From Macrostomum lignano (lineage: Eukaryota): DNA of 52,259 bases. The number at the start of each line of letters is the position of its first letter. Positions within the stretch are counted from its first letter, which is position 1. Positions 46,588 through 52,259 of the stretch are shown piece by piece. The notes under the pieces are model-generated. The model saw nothing but the letters and a program-made list of their open reading frames with translations, did no database searches and was not told the DNA's origin. Made by a program: the position numbers and the translations under genes. The stretch lies in NCBI GenBank assembly GCA_002269645.1, contig NIVC01004270.1:1-52259 (forward strand), given 5' to 3'.

Positions 46588-49500
46588 TCACTGGTTTAAA
46601 CTCATTGGTCGGCTTTTACACACACGTGGGTGAGCCCGCAGCGCGATGGACTCGGGTGACTTCGGCTTGCCTTCGGTCGGTGGCGGCGTGGGCGGCGGTG
46701 GCGGGAAGTCGGCCGTCGGCAGGCGCTTGAGGTCCGTGATGTGGCGCATGCAGGACTCGTGCGCTCTGCGCAGGATGAGGGAGTCGCCTTTAACCTCCTC
46801 GACGACCCACGGCTCTGGCTCGAAGGGTGTCTGCATTTTGGAGGCAGGGCGCCGCCTGCGCAGCACCGAGTCGCCTGCCATGATGTTGTGGCTGGCGGCT
46901 CTTCGGCGCTCATCTGCATGGCGCGCCATCCGTTGTTTGGCGGCGCTGTCGCGAGCCTTGACCGCGGCCAAAGTGCTGGGCACTCGGCTGCGCTGCCGCA
47001 TGCTGGGGGTGCAGTCTTGCACCTGTCGCTGGAACATCAGCTTCGCAGGGGTGGCTCCAGTGCTGCTGTGCGGCATGTTGCGGTAGGCCTCCAGCCAGTC
47101 TTCGAGTGCGGCCTGCCAGTCGGATTTCTCGATGCTTGCGATGCGGATGATCTTGTTAATCGAGCGGTTGATGCGTTCGGTGACTCCATTTGCTGCCGGG
47201 TGGTACGGAGTGATGGAGCGGTGCTGCACACCGTTGCTGTGGAGGAAGTTGTGGAAGGCTTGCGAGCTGAATGGGGGCCCGTTGTCTGAGACGAGCTGCG
47301 CTGGTCTGCCGAACGTGGAGAATAGCTTCCGGAGCTGCTTGGTGACCGCCTCGGCTGTCATGGACGACATGCATGACTATCGGATAGCGGGAGAAATGGT
47401 CAACTATGACGAGTAGATGCTTGTTTTGCACTGGCCCGGTGAAGTCGATGCCCAGGGTGTGCCAGGCATGTGGTGGCAGTGGTGTGGCTTGCAGCGGCGC
47501 TGTTGGAACTTTGGCCTGATGACTCGCAGCTTGACACGGGAGGCAGACGTTGCACATCCGCTGCGCCTGTCCTGCCATACCGGGCCACCAGACCTTCGCC
47601 GATAACCTCGCCTGTGTCTTCTTTGCTCCCTGGTGTCCTTGGTGAGCGAGCCGCAGCACCGTCAGCTGCAGCGCTTCGGGGACGACGATGCACTGGCCTC
47701 TCAGTAAGATTCCGTCTGCTGCGGAGAGCTCCTGCTTGACTGCGTGCAGCGACCGCAGGGTAGCCTCTCGGAGATCCCACTTGCCGCCTCGGAGTGCTGA
47801 GATGGCTGCTTGGAGGGCTCCATCTCTCGCTGTTGCATCCTTAAGCTGTTGCAGCGCCAGTCCCTTTGGGGTCGAGTCCTCGGCAATGCTGTTGATGTAG
47901 TGGTTGTCCCTGGTTGCTCCGGCGCTGGAGACTGCTGATGCTGGGAAGATTTGCCGGCTTAGCAAGTCACTGGGATTGGTCGAGCCTGGCCTGTACATTG
48001 TCTCGAACACCAGGTCCTGGATGCTCAGTGCCATCCTCTCGATTCTTGGTGGCGGATGCAATCCTGGCTTAAATAGGTGCACCAGCGGCTTGTGGTCAGT
48101 GACGACCCGGAAACCGGACGAACCACTGAGGTAATGGCAGAAGCGCAGGCAACCGAATTTGACGGCAAGGGCTTCTCTTTCCGTCTGAGAATAGCGCGTC
48201 TCCACCGCTGACAGTGCGCGGCTTGCGTAGGCGATCGGTCGCAAGCTGCCGTCTGGCTGCTATTGGCTAAGGATCGCTCCGAGTCCTGTCGGGCTGGCAT
48301 CCACGATCACTTCTGTGGGTCTGCGCTTGTCAAAGAATGCCAGTGTGCTGCTCGCGGAGATCGAGTTCTTGATGGCGCTGAAAGCAGTCTCCTCAGCCGC
48401 TCCCCAGGACCACGGCGCATCCTTTCTGGTCAGATCTCGCAGGGGCTTGGCCATGTCTGACAGGGCTGGGATAAAGCGACTGACAAAAGCCACAAGGCCA
48501 AGAAAGGACCTCACTTCGGACGCGTTTTTCGGTGCTCTGAATGCTTTCACAGCGCTCACCTTCTCGTCTGTCGTTGGATGCCCTTCTCGGACAGGCGCAT
48601 AGCGAGAAACTTGGCCTCCTTGATGGCAAACTTGCACTTTGCCAGATTTAAGGTGATGTTGTGCTCTTCTAGCCTTTGCAAGGTTGCCGCTAGCCGCTGG
48701 TTGTGCTCAATGATGGAGCTTGCATAGATGATAATGTCGTCATGTACCCAGCGGACTCCTGGAAGCCCGCCGAGCACGCTGGTCATGACTCGTTGTAGAA
48801 TCTCAGACGCTGACGTAAAGCCCATGCACAGGCGTGTCAGTCTCATGAGACCCTTCGGCGTCAAAAATGTCAGCAGATGGCGCGAGTCTTCTCGGACGCG
48901 GATCTGGTGAAACACCTTGTTGATGTCCAACTCGGTGAAGTAGCGCGCACCGGCCATTTCATCAGTGACCTCTTCAAAAGTTGGTATGGGCTGTTTCTCG
49001 GGCACTACGAACTTGTTCACATCTCGCAGATCTTGGGTAATGCGCACTTGGCCAGGCTGCGACTTCGGGACAACAACTATTCATGCCACCCATTCGGACG
49101 GTCCAGTCACTTTCTCGATTATTCCAGCCTGCAGTTGATCGTCGAGCTCGCGCTGCGCAGCCTCCCGCAGATGCACGGGGATGCGACTTGGCAGATGGCA
49201 GACCGGCACGGCTCCGTCTTGCAGGTGGATGCCGACTTCAACGTCCTTGACGCACCCAATTCCCACAAATCGCTGCCTGAAGGTCTTGATAATGTTGCTG
49301 AGGCGCTCATGCTGTGGCATTGCCTGATCGTCTGCCTCCGTCGCTGCGGCCGCCAATGCAGCGCTGAGTGGCTCATGAAGCTCACCAGAGTCTTTCAGAT
49401 GACAGACGCTGGGATTGCTTGGTCTGATGCGTAGGATTCCCAGCTCCTCGCTGGTTTAGCGGCCCACGATCGTCGTGCCCGTCTCCTTGACGATGATGTA

Positions 49501-50562
49501 GCTAATGCTGGCGCTGACGTCATAAACGGCGGTCCGGAGGGTCGCTTTGCCAAGAGTAGTGAGGGGTTCACTGGAGCCGAACGGGAAGACCCACTGCTTT
49601 GACGCACAAAGGTCGTCTGCCATGCCTCCGATGGCCTTGAATGTTTTTGAGTCCATTAGATTGCAGCTGGCGCCGCTATCGATTAGCAGGTCTGTGGCGT
49701 GGCCGTTGATGTCTGCTTTAACGAGCGGCAGTCGCTTACGCTGTGGCGTCAGGCAGAACACCTCGCAGCTGCTGTTGCTGTCTTGCTGTTGCTGATCACT
49801 CGGCTGCTCCTCAGCAATGGCGTGCACCTTTCTGGAGCTTGCGGGTTTGGACAAGCACGCTTTTGCCAGGTGGCCGACCTTGTTGCAGTTCCGACACGTC
49901 TTTCCTTTGGCCGCCTCGCACGTTCGGTGGCCCGACTCTCCACAGTGGATGCATTTTGTTCTGGTTCGCTCCGGTCGGTCTGGCTTCTCGATACGCCGCA
50001 TTGCGTTCACTGACTCGCTTTTCCGCGCTTCGATGACTGCAGATTGAAGGTCGGCCACCTCGAATGCCCTGGCTTGCTGCAGCGCTTCTTTGAGCTGGAT
50101 ATTAGGTGTCTGCAGCAACCTGCGCCGGAGCTGGTCTGACTGGCAGCCGGCGACAATTTGGTCTCGGGTGATGAGATCCCGCTGAGTCTCGAATTCACAT
50201 CCTTCTGCAGCCTTGAACAGCCGTTGCACCCAGGTGTTGATGGCTTCACCGGGCTGCTACGTGCAGTGTCAGAATTTATATCGCACGAATACCGGGTTGT
50301 GCCTGCTCTTGAAGTGCTCTTTGAGGGCGTCCAGGAGCTCTTCGAGGGTCTTGCCTGGCCTCGTGAGTTCTGCGTACACTTCAGCCACCTGTTTGCCGCC
50401 GACGTAAAGTAGAATCTCTCGTTGTTGACTTGCATCTGTTATGCCGCTTGCAGTCACAAAGCACTTGAATCGGTTGGCCCATTCTGCCCACCATGCTGAG
50501 AGGTTGTGTGGCTCTTTCTGAGTATCGAAAGGCTCAGGCAGGGGCAGTTGTAGAGGCACAGA
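46588..50562 (-). pseudogene. Gypsy gag-pol pseudogene
   Basis: Gag (WAEWANRF, RDQIVAGC, two Cys/His knuckles), protease LIDSGAS, RT (DLRDVNK, ELDINKVFHQI, VHDD), RNase H (VDASPTGLGAIL, YSQTEREALAV), integrase (HQGHQG...C..C, GIDFTGP, SDNGP, ERINR); split over several frames. Confidence 0.9.
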
Positions 50563-50583
50563 CATTCCTGCTAGCGATGCCAA

Positions 50584-50783
50584 TGTAGATTTGTTTTAGG
50601 GGTAAGAAAAGGCTTGGCCACTGCGCGGCCTTAAGCGCCAATATATATATTTAGAAATCGATATTTGCGTGGGGTGGAGTTGCACCTGATAAACAAGAAG
50701 CGTGCAAGCTGATTGGCTGCAGAGCGACAGGGGCAGGCATTGTACACTTGAGGGTCAGAGAGTTAAACGGTGTACGGCCAACA
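50584..50783 (-). repeat. 5' LTR of the Gypsy element
   Basis: Direct repeat of 45850-46049; PBS adjacent. Confidence 0.95.
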
Positions 50784-51184
50784 GTGCACAGTTGCCAAGC
50801 ACTTGCTGAAGCTCCCTAAACATATCCGGTGGCTTTTTTCCTTGCAGAAACTGAAACTTCATCAAGCTTCGAATGTCAGGCTTTGAAAATGATTCAGCCA
50901 TGGCCAAGAAATTGAGTGGTAGCTGATAGAAATGTTCGCTGCTCTAACATAGTTGCAAACTGAGGCTTAAAACCCTAGGAACGTTTAGTCCATAGACATA
51001 ACTTAGTTAAATTGCTAAAATTCTGTTTACAACGCTTTCTAAAAATAAATGCCAAAGGACCAAAAAGAACTTTTTGAATACACCTCGTACAGAGTTCACA
51101 TTTTTGTGGGATGGATATTTGCTCCTCTATTTGCAAAAGAGCTGCAGTCACACACCATTAAGCCTCCAACTTGAGCTTCTCTTC

Positions 51185-51620
51185 TAGCCTCTAATCCAGC
51201 CTCTAATCCAACCTGTAATCCAGCCTACAATCCAGCCTCTAATCAAACCTCCATTCCAGCCTCTAATCTAGCCTCTATTCCAGCATCGAATTCAACCTTT
51301 AATCCAGCCTATAACTTGCACATCGAATCTAGCCTCTATTCCAGCCTTGAATTCAACCTCTAATCTAGCCTCGAATTTAGCCTCTAAATTAAACATCAAA
51401 TCCAGGCTCAAATAAAGCCTCTAATCTAGCCTCAAATTTAGCCTCTAAATTAAACATTAAATCCAGGCTCAAATAAAGCCTCTAATCTAGCCTCAAATTT
51501 AGCCTCTAAATTAAACATTAAATCCAGGCTCAAATAAAGCCTATAATCTAGCCTCGAATCGAGCCTCTACTTCAGACTCTAATTTGAACCTCTACTGTAG
51601 CCTCAAATCCAGCATCAAAT
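51185..51620. repeat. Degenerate 12-bp (TCCAGCCTCTAA) array evolving into an about 59-bp higher-order unit
   Basis: CCTCTAATCTAGCCTCAAATTTAGCCTCTAAATTAAACATTAAATCCAGGCTCAAATAAAG repeated about 3 times at about 51357-51540. Confidence 0.85.
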
Positions 51621-52259
51621 ACAATCTCTTTTAATGCTGAAGATTATTTTTTAGGCTAGCATCAAACCAGCCTCAAAAAATCTGCTTTGAGGTTCATTCA
51701 AGGCTGCATTTGAGGCTAGGGTAAAAATTAAAGGCTGCCCTTTTCCCATTGGGTATTATAATGAAAAAAGAGCTTAAAAATCTTGGTTATTCAATAACTA
51801 TAAAACAAATAAGAGTCTACACATTTATGAGTATATATGAGTATATTATGAGTACATATTTATGAGTATATAAGTTGCATACACTTAGGTAAATATTATA
51901 ATTATACATACTAAATATAATTATAGCTATGTTACTCATTTGACTGAGGGCTGGGGCTATCACTGACTATTCCAAACTTGTCACTGAGGTATCTAAACTT
52001 GTTACCAAAATGTCTTGTTACCAATTTGACTAAAGTAACTATAATTTTATATATAATAATTTATAGTAATTTGATGTATAGGCTTTTTATTGTGTTTTTG
52101 TTTAATTTGTTCATTTTGTTGTTCTCTTTGTCAAATGACTAACTCTTTTATCATGTCACTAATAAGTTATTGATTACCTTTCAGCCATTTGAAATAATAA
52201 TAATTTCAAATATTTATTCAGTTATACACAATGGCAAGTGAAAATGCAAATCCATTGCG

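Larger units (their letters stand above)
45850..50783 (-). mobile_element. Ty3/Gypsy LTR retrotransposon, full length (4934 bp), frameshifted
   Basis: 200-bp LTRs TG...CA; 5-bp TSD GTGCA (45845-45849, 50784-50788); PBS TGGCATCGCTAGCAGGAAT next to the 5' LTR; PPT GGGGAAGGA next to the 3' LTR; domain order gag-PR-RT-RH-IN. Confidence 0.95.
44781..51087 (-). mobile_element. Mariner (Tc1/mariner, DD34D-type) element, decayed, split by a Gypsy insertion
   Basis: TIRs CGAGGTGTATTCAAAAAGTTCTTTT at 44781 and its complement ending 51087, each flanked by TA. Transposase starts at ATG 50901 (MAESFSKPDIRSLMKFQFLQGKKP...GNCA), resumes after the retroelement (PTEQTVQKWYRLF), then WVPHLL, GDETW, HNNA, HPPYLPDL, GGEYVE* (44879). 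Confidence 0.93.

Noticed and set aside
46646-50412. Many plus-strand ORFs across the retroelement
   Set aside because: Antisense shadows of the GC-rich gag-pol.

Overview
Eukaryotic (animal) DNA: GT-AG introns, GC-rich exons in AT-rich spacers, no prokaryotic features. The hexokinase reads as flatworm-type and the introns are packed with minisatellites, suggesting a free-living flatworm such as Macrostomum (inference only). Genes reconstructed by hand: two tandem intronless secreted C-type lectin + PAN/apple-like genes (+); a six-exon hexokinase (+, 11795-22102, 464 aa, all introns phase 0); a four-exon caspase-fold gene lacking the catalytic Cys (-, 24254-25920); a two-exon BUD23/WBSCR22-like methyltransferase with a possible mitochondrial presequence (-, 27263-30514); SURF4 (-, first exon not found). 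Mobile DNA: a tRNA-derived CORE-like SINE, an internally deleted P-superfamily THAP transposon (7-bp TSD) inserted in a 42-bp intronic minisatellite, two hAT-type MITEs with 8-bp TSDs, a Mutator/Phantom-like element, a CACTA-like relic, and a Gypsy LTR retrotransposon nested in a decayed mariner. Nearly all very long ORFs in the track (up to 890 aa) are translations of tandem repeats, not genes. Best leads: the pseudo-caspase, the BUD23-like protein, the conversion-like tract between the lectin paralogs, and CpG-type decay of the transposons.
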